The notes beneath the pieces were generated by a model, which was given only the letters and a program-made list of their open reading frames with translations, ran no database searches and was not told where the DNA came from. The position numbers and the translations under genes are program-made. 64,000 nucleotides of DNA from Podarcis tiliguerta (lineage: Eukaryota): the NCBI GenBank assembly GCA_965153285.1, contig OZ229113.1. One strand, given 5' to 3'. Shown one piece after another: positions 39,739-51,858 of this stretch. Every line of letters begins with the position of its first letter. Position 1 is the stretch's first letter.

Positions 39739-40139
39739 ACCTAAGGAATAGGCTAGCCTGATGTCTCTCTACATGAATCACTGGTTGTGATTGTCTAGGC
39801 CTCTTTCAGATCACACCCAGAGTAGTACTGCAGTAAAATTATCCCCTCCGCCCCCTGCAGAAGCCTATGAATGTTAACAAGCATGACACCACATGAGGTC
39901 AGGTAATTGACAGATGGGTGGCCCCACTTGTCTGTCAAAGTGGTCTGTAGAAGGTTGGCCACTTTTGGATCTGGCCCTCCAGCAAAAAAGTGGTTCCTTC
40001 ACCCCTGCCCTAGATGACTGAGGACCCTGATATGTGAAGGTACCAGATACCTGAAAAACAAAAGGAAAGCCCCATCGAGTCCAGAATCCTGTTTTTACAG
40101 TGGCCCACCAGATGCCTGTAGAAAGCCTGCAAAAAGAAA

Positions 40140-40500
40140 TGACTGCTCTCCTCCCAATCTGTCTATGTACTGAGTTCATCATCAGAAGTTTTCCTTCAGG
40201 TCCCACCACCATCTGAAGTAAGGCGTGTGGTGACCAGAGAGACAGCCTTTTCAGTGGTGGCACCCGCCCTGTGGAGTTCTTTTTCCAGAGAGGCCCACCA
40301 AGTGCCAACTTCAAGGGAAGGCGATTTCTGCAAAGGTGTTTTTTATTTTCCCAAGCTTTCAAATGTAATTAATATACCAATAATTTTAACAAACACATGG
40401 TTTGTATTTTATTTGTATTTTATCTTGGTTCTGTAAAGTGCCCTCAAACCTCTGCTGAAGGATGCTACAGAAATATTTAAAATCAATAAATAAAAATAAT
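40140..40500 (+). mobile_element. L2 3' fragment
   Basis: Encodes TRETAFSVVAPALWS, then TGTAAAGTGCCCT and an AATAAATAAA tail. Confidence 0.8.
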
Positions 40501-41011
40501 TCTGGCGCATTCCTCCACTAGATCATTGAATTACTCCAAATGCAGAGAGAGAACAGAATTTCCAGCCCTTGAGAAAACCATCTGTGGTGCATCTGTGGGA
40601 AACTCTCTCTTGCTCTCTCTGCTTCCTGCCTTCCAGTTAGGAAGAATGCCCAGACCAGTGACTCATACACAGGTTTTTTTCCCTAGAACCAAGCAATATA
40701 TAAATTTTATGAAACAAAAGCAGAATACTAGGAGATAGCCTTCTCTGAGGGAGACCACTCTTGCCCTTGCACCGGCTTTTTCAGTGTTAGAGTGAAATGG
40801 GCCTCCAGTTTTGAGTGTACCTCAACTTCCAGAAACGTAGGGAACCAATCGCTCCTCACAGGAGTCAGTTAGGAACAACTCCTATTTTAGACTTTTCAGC
40901 ATAACTCAATGGTAGAGAAGCACGTTGGTTTTATGTTGGGTCCACCCCTGGAATCTCCAGTGAAAATAGTCATGTGGACAAATCAGAGCTGGCCCAGAAC
41001 ATTTGGTGGTC

Positions 41012-41070
41012 TAGAATCATAGAATCTTAGAGTTCTATGGTTCTTCTAGTCCAACCCTTTGCAATGCAGA
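41012..41070 (-). mobile_element. CR1 extreme 3' end
   Basis: AGAATCATAGAATC tail repeat followed by CTAGTCCAACCC. Confidence 0.6.
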
Positions 41071-42313
41071 ATGCTGCAAGGATGTGGAGCTGCAAAAGCT
41101 ATAGGAAGGCCAGTCAAGTTATTTTGCAAGGACCTCCTCCTTGGCAGCAAAATAAAATAAATAATAATAATAGATTAAAGTAGCTGTCCTTTCAATGTAT
41201 CCAATATCAGCTGCTTCATCCTACCTAACGGTAGGGCCAGCCCTAAGATTGCCCTGCTTGGTAGTGAGTTTGCAGGCTAACAACACCAGTCAAACAGGCT
41301 AAACCTGCTGTCCTAACATCTTTACCTGAGACATGTGTTCTCCTAAAGGTTCCTTTATTTATACATGTGTTGTGATGAGTCCAAGGTGGGAAAGAAGGCG
41401 TAAAATTGGTAGCCTGCCCCAGGCCTGTAAATATCTCATTACGGTCCAGGAAAGGAATAATTGGATAATCAGTTCCAAAGGCTTTTGGACCAAATGACCG
41501 CATCAAATCCTCACTGTGTGTGCGAAGTACCTGGAGACACTTAAAGGAGGTGGAACCATTCAACTAAATGCACAATTGCTCCCTGGCAGCAGGTGTTCAA
41601 ATCACTCAATCAATTAAAATAAATAACAAATTACAGTAAACTGCAGGCCTTTAATTGGAATTCCAGAGGAAGAGGAGGTGCTGGGAGTGAGCTGGATGGC
41701 TCTTTAGGGGATGGGGGATTGAGGCTGGTGGAGAAGGGGAGGATCAGATATGCCAAGCATCCGCAGTGAGCTCTGCTCTTGCATAGGTTCTGCCTAAATC
41801 ACAGCCCTCTTTCGAAAGCAGAGGTGTGAGAGCCACAGCAAGGGCTGAAGTCACGTTCAGGTTTAGCAGCCCTGTTCTTCTGCCTGTAACAGCACAGCAG
41901 ATGAAGCTTGTCCCATTGCTTATCTCCATGCAAGGAAACACATCTGCAAAGCTGTCAATGAGGGAGGAACAATCTGATCTAATGGGAGATGGCCCTTGGC
42001 AGACAAAGGCTCTTCTGGCAACTTGGAGCTTACCTAACTATTGATGAGTTTTCTGAAGAGATGCATGGGAGGTTCTATCAGGATCTATGGACAACTGGGC
42101 ACAGAGGTCACCAGGAATACTGGAAGTGAATAAGTTACTGCTCCGTGTCTGCCTGTGTGGGACAACCACAACAGATCATGCACCAAAGATAGAGTTGATT
42201 CAGGGAGCTGATTCACACATGCAAGTTAACCCTGGATCAGCAGGCACCAGCCTTTCTAGGACTTTTTGAGCATTGTGCTCTCGGGTCACTTCTCTTTCTG
42301 GGATCATACACAA

Positions 42314-42315
<2 letters not shown>

Positions 42316-42347
<32 letters not shown>
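42316..42347. repeat. (CA)n microsatellite
   Basis: Read directly from the sequence. Confidence 0.95.
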
Positions 42348-42349
<2 letters not shown>

Positions 42350-43546
42350 GTGGGGAGATAAAAAGAGAGAAAGTGTATGCACATGTGCATCATTTCCCCA
42401 CAGAATAATCTTAATAAAATTCAGATCCAGTGGAATTAAACTGAGCCTTGAAAAGCATGGAAAGTGCATCACTCTTGCAACTTCAGCTCATTGCACTTTT
42501 CAAAGGAGAAAAAAGCAACCGCCCTCAACACCTCATGCACCCACTAGTGCCATATCGACAACCCCTGTCTCATTCCTCTGTTGCTGGGCTCCTTCCTGAC
42601 AGAAGCCCATTCCACAACAATCTGAGTTGCGAAAGAAGGAGGGAGCCCTGCAAAAGTCAAGAGCTTATTCTGTGGCTCCTGTCTGCAAGGAACCTTGTTG
42701 CACATGCTTAGAGCCTCTATTGCCAGTGGGAATTTGGGGACTTAGGATGAGCCTTTGACTTTTACCCGTTGCCTCTGCTGTCTGCTTCTCCCACACACAC
42801 CCTTTTGAAACTTGGCAAATAGGATAAATGAGAGGTGGACGAAAAACAGGATTGGGAAAGACTGGCTTTGGGTGAGGACGGGTGTCAAGGCGTTACCAAC
42901 TGGGCCAGAACTCCTCAAGCAGCAGGCATGATGGGTGACAAAGATGGGCTAAGTCAGCCACTTATTTATTATTATTTATTTAGAAAATGTCTTAATTGCT
43001 TTAAATTCAAAATAAGCTCCAAGTGATATGCAAAAAACAGGGGGCATGAAACACAACAAAAAGTACCTCTCTGATGAGCACAGTGGTATCTAGTGGTCTG
43101 GGGATCCGAAGCTGTTAAGGGCTTTATAGGCCAAGACTGAAATATTAAAGTAACATATTGTTATGAATCTGTGAGTGCAAAACACCCTGAATTCCAGATT
43201 AAGTTAATGCTAGAATTTAATTAAGGTTGGGATGTTAGAACCGGGAAATAACCAGACTCATGTGCATTTAAGATAGACCCAAGTGTGTGTGGACTCGCTG
43301 ATAAGCCTTTGTAATCGGCATTTTTGAGAGCTAATTCAGGCAGGCAGACATCTTAAATTGTGAGTCCTCCCTAATTCTGTGAAATTAACACAATTTCTAC
43401 CATTGAGAGGTTCAGAGGCATAATGGGCCTGGGTTTTTTTGAAATTATTTTTTGAAATTATTTTTTGTATTATGAACCTCACCACCCGTTTCCAAAGCTC
43501 ACCAGCACCACCGTTTTATGAAGGGCAATGAATGGGTGTGTGTCTT

Positions 43547-43597
<51 letters not shown>
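43547..43597. repeat. (TG)n(AG)n microsatellite
   Basis: Read directly from the sequence. Confidence 0.95.
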
Positions 43598-43600
<3 letters not shown>

Positions 43601-44412
43601 CGACACAGAGAGAGGCCCAGGGACAAACAGAACATAGTTCAAAAGAGACACTTTACACAATGAGCTACCAGTCACCAAGTGATGAATCAGTCCTTAATTG
43701 ATTGTTAGGACAGAGAATATTTGTGATAAAACTACAAAGAGAATGCGCGATCAGGGCTCTATAGCAAGTAATTTACTTGTTTCATATGCAAATATGTCTG
43801 AAAATCACAGAAGTGGCTGCTTATCCTCATACCACTGAGATTTCAGAAACAAAGATTGTAGTTGAGGTAAAAAATAGAATCTCCAGAACTCCGACTATCA
43901 CTTATGTCTCTCATTTATTATAGGAACATATAATTATGTTGTTTAAAATGGTTAATTAATGAATTCCCTCATACGCACGGCACTTTACATTTCAGCATGT
44001 GAACATTATTAGATTACTGCAAGTCACCAAAGCCAGCTCTTAGGAGACAGTTGCCCTGTTCCAGCTCTTGAGGAGTGTGCTTTGGAGAGATCTGAAAGCT
44101 CTAGTTGCATCTGAGACTGTCCACCCAGTCATATATTTTAATTTACATTCAATTGAGGCCCATGAAGTGCAGGTAGGTAGACCATCTTCAGGACAGGAAT
44201 GGGAAACATGCATTTTGATTAGCGTTGGCTTATACGTCTGATCTGAGCCATTGCTCTACCTGACCTAGTGATACGTACTGAGAATCAGGCTCCAGTACAC
44301 AAATATCCTTAGGAAGATTGTGACCACTGTCTCAAAGAACACAAATATTTTAAAACATGCCATGTTGCAATTCTGTTCATTGGTTTCAAATCATTTTTTT
44401 CTCTAATTCCAA

Positions 44413-44454
<42 letters not shown>
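44413..44454. repeat. (AAT)n microsatellite
   Basis: Read directly from the sequence. Confidence 0.95.
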
Positions 44455-44455
<1 letters not shown>

Positions 44456-44766
44456 TTGCCACTGTTTAAATCCAAGCCATTGTTACTTGGGACAATTTCT
44501 AAAATGCCCTTATACTAAAAATAAAAAGAGCAATTAATCTAAGGATGTGCAGAGCCAAGATGAGATTTTCCTCCTAATCTTCATTTAAAACAGTTTGGTC
44601 CCCTAGATATTCCTCAGGCATCTTGGCAGAGGAGGGACCCCCCTTTTTTTACTTGAATTTCTCTGTAGGCATAATTTGGGTGGCGACTTTATAACCACTG
44701 TAATCCACTTCTTAGAACGATTTCATATTGCACGTCGAATCGTGCGCAGAGATTTTGTCAATGGCT

Positions 44767-44799
44767 TGCAGTACATGACAATACCCTCTAGATGGCACT
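44767..44799 (+). promoter_or_regulatory. Candidate CTCF site (core plus upstream motif)
   Basis: Core CCTCTAGATGGCA (44785-44797) fits CCASYAGRKGGCR with one tolerated change; TGCAGT lies 12 nt upstream of the core CC. Confidence 0.6.
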
Positions 44800-45851
44800 G
44801 TTTACTGTCCTTAGAAGGCTTGGAAATTTCTGTTTTCTAAAGGAGGATCAGCAGCGAACTGACACGGTACTGTCACAACCTAATCCTGCCTTAAATTTAT
44901 GTCAACAAATTCTCAAAGGCTTCTGCAGAAACAGGATGCTGTATTTTCCACTTGCTCTTTGCAATTGTTTTTGCTTGTTGTAACAAGAAACTGAACAATA
45001 GCTATCAAAATTTATAGATATTTCACTATATATAGATATATAGAGATAGATAGATATTTCACAATGTCCACTGGGGGTTCAGTTTTTCTGCTAGCTATTA
45101 TGATTGGTTTAATTGCACAGCAGAGCTGCATCCATGTTGCTTTGATGAGTCTGCATTGCAACATAGCACACTCAGAGCACTACTCGGGTCTCCTCCCTAG
45201 GGAGTAAGGGTGTTTATGACTGCAGCCACAAGAGAGCTTTCCCAAAGCCAAGGACCTTCCCTCATCGGAGGCTTACAATGCAACCTCTATACATGTCCAG
45301 CCCAGAAGGAAGCCCCAGGTGAGTTCACCTAGCTGGGAGCAAGCAGGAATGTCTAGGACTGCACTCTTTCCAAAGCCATTGGTGCTTCAAGTCGTTTGTG
45401 CCGCAAATGCAAACCCTGCTTTGGACAGGATGCTTGTTTTCTTTACGAACGACTTTCTGCCACATTCATAACTACCCTGTGTTAACCTAAGCAGGGAGAG
45501 AAGGGCTCAAAGGTGATTTAAGCCTCATACACGAAAACACTCTGAATGTTTTCATTACATCAATTACTGCTATTTTGTGTTCATTAGATCAATTACAGCT
45601 ATTTAGATGTAAATGTCTTAAATTAGGATTAACAACTCTGCCACTCTCTCTCTCTCCTTCGCTCCTTCTCCCTTTAGAGAAGGGAAGGATAATGGAGATA
45701 AAACTGCAGCCTGCCAGAGCCTGGCTCCAAGTGAGCCGCCATAAGTAAAGTGAGCGGAAGGGGACATTCCTCCAGGTGAGGCCCCCGAATGAGCTGTGCA
45801 GGAGGGGGAATGCTAGCAGGTGTAACTTGTTGGTGAGAAGGGGTTAAAACT

Positions 45852-46195
45852 TTGCAGTGCCTGCATATAAAACTATGATACAGCCACACTTGGAGTACTA
45901 TGTGCAGTATAGATATCAAAACGGATATTGTAGAGCTGAAAAAGCTGCCAAAGGGGCGACCAAAGTGATCAGAGGATCCAACATGTAAGGGGGTTGCGTA
46001 ACAGAGCTGTGTAAAATTATGTGCAGCGCAAATGAATTGGGAGGAATCCCCCTCCCCGATAATATTAGGAGATGGGGCCCGTCTAATGAAGGCAAGTGTT
46101 GGAAGATTCAGGAGAGACAAAGGGAAGTAGTCAACGTATAATTAAACAATGAGATTCACCTCTGCAAAATCAGGATGATGGCCACCAACTTAGGC
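45852..46195 (+). mobile_element. Degraded CR1 ORF2 3' fragment
   Basis: YKTMIQPHLEYYVQ...DIVEL...ATKVIRG remnants and GGAAGATTCAGG...GACAAA...GATGGCCACCAACTT. Confidence 0.75.
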
Positions 46196-47940
46196 CCTTG
46201 TCCTGACCCACCACAGCTCTTCTTACGTTCTTGCATAGTGAGGTCTGCCATCGTCAATCTGTGATACATCCCCAGGACCAGAAAAGCCTCAATCACACAA
46301 ACCGTGTGTGCAGTGGTGAAGTTGGCCTTGGACTGATTCACTTCAGATCTCAGGTGAAGAGACCGCCTGCCTGCCTGCTCCAGTATACTCAAAAATACTT
46401 CCCTGCTCACGGAAAACCAGGTGTCATACAGACAATTTATAGACCTGCCTTTACCCAGCTCCTTCCCCACCAGCTGCCCAAACATCTACTGATCACTCAA
46501 ACCGTTCCATCATTTCTTTGGGCTTCTTCTTATGCCTGCAACATCAGGGGTAGACTAACTGGTACCTTCTAGAGATTGCTGGACACTGTCTATCATCATT
46601 CCTAGCCGGCATGGCCAATGGTCAGGGCTGAATCAAATTGTAGTTCAGCAATATCTTGCCAAGCTGATGAGGATGCAGAGGTTTAAGGTGCTGGGAATCC
46701 AAGCCAAAGGCATGAAAGGTTAGAATCAGCACTTTGAATTGGACTTGGAAATGAACTGATAGCCTGGGAATCGCTTCCATAGCTGGCAAGGCCGGTTCGC
46801 AGAAGGCTCTTTATCCCAGTTGCCACTTCCCAGCCCTTCCTCTCTCGTCTCCTTGTGTTGAACTATAGAGCCTAAGCCCCTCTCTGGGCATGAATCTGTT
46901 CTCTTGTACCTGTAAAGCACCATGTGCAATGGCGACACTCTTCAAACAATGATATTCAGGAAGTTGCTTTTCGTTTCACTGCGAAGAACTCAACCAGCTG
47001 ACCCGCCTCTCCTGAAACTCACTAACCGCACAACCTTACAGCGTAGAGTAGCACAGTCCAGCAACAGAGGCTTTCTTATCAGAATGTCTGTGGTTTTCTC
47101 TGTCTACCTAGATGCTTTCCTGGCTCCAGACTTAGCCATGTTTAGCACCATGTTTGAAACCAAGGGGATATAAGTTAGTTGTTTGTGACTAATATATTCC
47201 ATTGATTTCAGTGGGTCTAAGCATGACTAAGTCTGGGTCACACCCATTGTTTGCAAAGTTCTTCATCAACGCTACACGGATCTTTGAATAGCAACCCTCT
47301 TTAAGTTCCTCCCGGAAAGTTCCTATATTTGCAATTAAGTTGTTATCTTTTTCTGTTTGGCTGCGGCTTACGAAGCATCACAATTCACTTAAAGATGCCC
47401 TCTCTGTTTTGCATTCCCTCTTGTGAGATCTAGAAGTTTGATAGGATGACCAGTTGTACATCCCACTGTTGCCGTCTGACTCCCAGCAGACGATGTTTTA
47501 TGGCACCCACAAAGCACAAAGGGTACAGGGCAAGCTGATAAGAAAAGGGACAAAGTGACTACTTTTTATTGACTGTCTGTTGAAATATCCATTGTCCTTT
47601 ATAGGCTGGCTCAATGCGTAGTTAGTAGACATGGGATACAGCTAAGAAAATCCTTAAACAGACTAAGCTTCCCAGAAACACAAACTATTTGCTCTGCGTC
47701 TTTACTGTGGCCTTTGTTAGTCTTGGTCAATAATATCACTGTTTACCTTGATGATTATCAGAGCCCTTTGGCTAGTTAATGCCTCTTAGGAATTTAGCCA
47801 GTAAATTGCTGAATTGGTCCACAGTGCTGGGATTAAGGGTATCTTTGTGGCTGACTTGACATCTGGCTCACCACAGACTCCTCTCCTTGCAAACGTTAAT
47901 TATGAAAGCCTTGTGCGGGAACTTGAAATGAACAGAACAC

Positions 47941-48035
47941 CATAAGAAGAAGCCAAAAACCCATCTAGTCCTGCATTTTGTTCTAGGAGTGGTCAACCTG
48001 ACACCCATGGAAAGGCCATAAGCAGGACAGGAGAG
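47941..48035 (-). mobile_element. CR1 3' UTR remnant
   Basis: CATAAGAAGAAGCC...CCCATCTAGTCC...AGTGGTCAACC, as at 57343. Confidence 0.55.
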
Positions 48036-48117
48036 CAACTGCGCTCATCTCCCCCGATAATGAAGGGGAAAGCCACCATGCCAAATCATGATATTCAAAT
48101 GCAGAAGCAAAGAAAGA

Positions 48118-48205
48118 AAAAACACTTGTGGCACCATCATGATTAAACAGGAACTGCCACCAATCTGTTAGTCTTTAGGGTGCCACAAGGCTCTTCGTTG
48201 CTTTG
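48118..48205. mobile_element. Penelope-like element terminal remnant
   Basis: AATCTGTTAGTCTTTAGGGTGCCACAAG, the sauropsid Penelope end as I recall it, preceded by an inverted CTTGTGGCACC. Confidence 0.65.
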
Positions 48206-48972
48206 AATCATCTGCCCCTTTGGAAATTCATGTCCAGAGATGTCATTTGGCAGCTTTTGCTTTCTTCTTTGTTACAAGAGACTTAACGCTGCTCTTGGAA
48301 CAGGGCTCCAGTTGTGGAAAAGTACAAAAATACTGGAAAGAATTCTGCTCTCCATGGTTGACTCCTTCTCACACAACTTTTCCACTGCTTTCCCAACCCA
48401 CCTTTTAATCCATGTGAAGATACTGAGGATAACTGAAATTACTTCAGTTTTTTTAATCAGACATCACTGTCAAATATTTTCTAGTGAGAAATCCTTTTAA
48501 GATGTTTACTGCGTTATGACTGGACATTCATATTTTGGGCCAAATTAACCTTACAGTTATTAATATTCATCTGTAGTGCATTGTGGGATATGAAGGTCTG
48601 CCCAATGTGTGCCTTGTTTATTGTTGTTGTTGTTGTCATTATTTAAATTTGTCAGTCACCTTTATCTTGCCCAGGGCAATCCAAAGCAACTTACAACCAA
48701 ATAAACGGAGAATAAACCCCACTTAGGTACGTTAAAACCAAGAGGATAGAGAAGTACATTGAAAGCACCCCACGATTCCCACCCACTTCTAAAAGGCCAC
48801 AGATAGATAGAGGCCTGGTTATAGAGGGAAGTTTCTGCCTGGCACCAAAAGATGAATATAATTATCAGCCCTGTGAGGCAGATCAAGCTGAGAAAATGTG
48901 ACCTTAGAGGTTGAGAAACTCAGAGTAGCTGCTCCTAGGACTGGTTTATCAGACTTGGTTAGCTGAGAAATA

Positions 48973-49101
48973 AGGCAAACTCGGCCCTCCAGATGTTTTG
49001 GGACTACAACTCCCATCATCCCTGCCCACTGGTCCTGTTAGCTAGGGATGATGGGAGTTGTAGTCCCAAAACATCTGGAGGGCCGAGTTTGCCTATGCCT
49101 G
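48973..49101. mobile_element. hAT-type palindromic MITE
   Basis: Perfect ~50-bp inverted arms AGGCAAACTCGGCCCTCCAGATGTTTTGGGACTACAACTCCCATCATCCCT; the left terminus lacks CAGGCAT. Confidence 0.9.
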
Positions 49102-49213
49102 ATTTAAATATATCTGAGTCCTAAGCAAGAGCAGGACTAAATGTTGAAAATGTCAGTTAGGAAGGTGCTTCCACTTCTGATTCTCCACAGGCCAGTTATA
49201 CGGGAAATCGTAT

Positions 49214-49944
49214 TGTCATCAATGAGGGTACACGTTGTGCACAGATCACCTGACACCCACCATCAGCGTAGGCTGGGCCACGCCCTGTCCTGCACTGGTT
49301 GGTTGCTCATTTAATCACCCTAGTATTAGGTCCAATCGGGTGGGGAGGTGGGAGGTGGCAAGGGAGTAAGATATAAGCCTCTGCACAATGTAGCTTCTTC
49401 GCCTCGCACAGCGGATCACCCTCCCTCCCTTCCTTTATTTGGTAGGATGTGTTTGGTATCCTTGCTATGGATGTTGTTGGTCGTCTGCCTGGTGGCAGGG
49501 GCCTGGTAGGAATGTTTTTCCATTTGGCTGATTGGCATGGGCCATTTGGTGTTTGCCTAACGCATAGCAGTCATCACAGCTTTGTAAGGTTTGGCGGTTA
49601 GGCATTGGATCAGCAAGCGGTGGGGGAGGGGAGGTGTGGCCATCACTTGCCCCTCCATGCGGATAGGGTATCCCGTTAAAGGAATCCAGGGGTTGGCGTG
49701 GATCTCGTCCGAAGCCTGCAGAGGGTTTGGGCCGTGCCAGGACCCCAAAGCTCAACACTACTTCCATCATTCGAGTTCCCCTGCTGGTGGTTCACCCTTA
49801 ACAGACTCCTACAAGGGAGGCAGGAGTCTGGTTTAGTATGGATGCCAATGCTTAAGCCAATACCACTCACATTCTTTATTCAATAAAGTTGTGGTCTAAA
49901 TTTTGCCCATGAACTTAAATTATGTCTCACTGTGTCATTATTTC
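49214..49944 (+). mobile_element. Solo terminal-repeat element, LTR-like or DIRS/Ngaro-like (copy B)
   Basis: TGTC...GAGGGTACACGTTGTG start, CCAAT, ATATAAG, ACCCTCCCTCCC and AATAAAGTTGTGGTC. Shares GTTAAAGGAATCCAGGG and other blocks with the reverse complement of 4545-5334. Confidence 0.65.
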
Positions 49945-49971
49945 TTTTTTTTAAATAATAATAATAATAAT

Positions 49972-50345
49972 ATTTATTGCTTTTTGTACAATTTAAACAT
50001 TGCAAAACCAAAAAAACAAAAACAGAAAAATAAAAACCAATACAATACAATAAAAAAACACTACATAACACTAAACACATTAAACTAAACACAACCAAAC
50101 AAAGCAATTTAAAACACTCAAACAATTTCAATATCTTTCATTCACTTGTTTCACCAACCTCCTCACACCTCCCTTTTTGTATTCCACTTCTATCAAATGT
50201 TTCAGCAATTCCTTTCCATCTTCCTCTGTTATCTGTCCAATAATTATCTTAACACATTCTAACCTTATTTTACTTTTAAAGTTCCATTAATCTATTTATA
50301 CCTAAATCCTTATAACATTTCTACTAAAGCCATATAACTTCATCA
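49972..50345 (-). mobile_element. L1-like LINE 3' UTR fragment
   Basis: The - strand has a purine-rich then T/G-rich tract, AATAAA and a simple-repeat tail, like a squamate L1 3' end. Confidence 0.6.
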
Positions 50346-50395
50346 CTGTGTCATTGTTTCAGGGGCTGGGAGGTCTCGACACACAACACAGGAAA

Positions 50396-50563
50396 ATAGG
50401 AAGCCTCCTCATATTGCGTCAGACCATTGGCCCAGTTAGCTCAGTATTGTCTACCCTGATTGGCAGGGAGAATTTCCCCAGCCCTTCCTGGGGATGCTCG
50501 AGAGTTGACCCTGGAACCTTCTGCAAGCAAAGCCAATGCTCCACAATTGAGCTGTGGCCCTTC
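50396..50563 (-). mobile_element. tRNA-derived SINE with CR1-like tail (Squam2-like)
   Basis: The - strand reads GAAGGGCCACAGCTCAATTGTGGAGCA...AGAAGGTTCCAGGGTCAA (tRNA head) and ends GGGCCAATGGTCTGAC...GGCTTCCTAT. Confidence 0.6.
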
Positions 50564-51858
50564 TCCCTTCACTTCTACTCAGCTGACCTTTGTTCAAACT
50601 GCTAAAAGAGAAAGGCTGGTGTTTGTATTGATTGGTTGTGATATATTAGTTGTGCTTAAACTTAGTCCTGATAAGAGGAAGGAAAGTCAAATAAATAAAG
50701 TTCGCCATTCTAATTTTTGCAAATATTATTATTTTTGGACTAGCCCTACAAACAGTTACGCCAGAAGCAACAAACCATGCAGATTTACATCATTCCACCA
50801 TTTGTCATTCCAAAAAGCATCCGATGCCTCTCTCTTTCTGCAGACCTGGCCATGAGTGAGTTGACTTTGCTACCATTCAGGCCGATGATAGTTTCGGATC
50901 CTACAGCCATTATTCAACTGACCAGTCCTGTGGACTTCAATTATTCATCACTCGTTGACTTCATTAGTGCTGCTTATTTAGAAGAACAGATTAATAACAG
51001 AGACTTGAATATTGTTTGTTTAAGTGTGTGTACACCCTCCCCTGCAACCCTGCCGCCAGCACACAGATAGCCATTTAGTAAAACACTGAAAATCAATGTT
51101 GAAATGGAGAGAAAAAAACATGCTAATAAGCAAGTTGTATATTTATAATGCAATTATCTGACCTCTTAGAAGGCATATAATTTAATGTGGTTATAGTGCA
51201 CCATATATCTTGCAGTGACTGGAATGGAAGCTGTCCTTGGTGAGTAAGTGCTTATTGGCCCAAAAGAGAGGGGCAGAAAGGCAAATTTGTAAAGGAACAT
51301 TGTGCACAACGATGAACAGGAAACGAAAATGAATGAGGTGGCAGAATTTGGACAAAGACGAAGTTCCCCTTCAGCTGATTGGGTATATATATACTGCAGA
51401 TACGTTTGCTGTAGAATGTCAACTCACAGATGGACTTGAGCCAGATGATCCATCGGTGATCTTGCCGCTCTATGGTCCGTGAAGAGCTCTAGGGTTGTGA
51501 GCAGAAGAAGGGTGCTGTAATCCCAGGCACACTTGCTAGGCAATAAGTGTCATTTAGCTCAATGGGACTTACTACTGAGCATACAGTCTTGTCACCACAG
51601 GCCTAGGATGACTCTACGTCTCGTCACCTGTTTTTCAATTCCAGGATTTTGCTCTAAAAGCAATGAAAACCTTAAGGAAGAAATCCCCATTACTATTGTG
51701 GTATCGCCAAAAGAATACAGGAAATTTCAGTTACCATAGCAGTGAGAAGCTGAGATGTTCTGCCAAATTAAAATCAGCAGGCTTCCTTAAGAAAAAATGA
51801 GAATTACTATTAAACTACTTTAAGTATATTAATAGAGGTTTTTGGAGACGCTATATGC

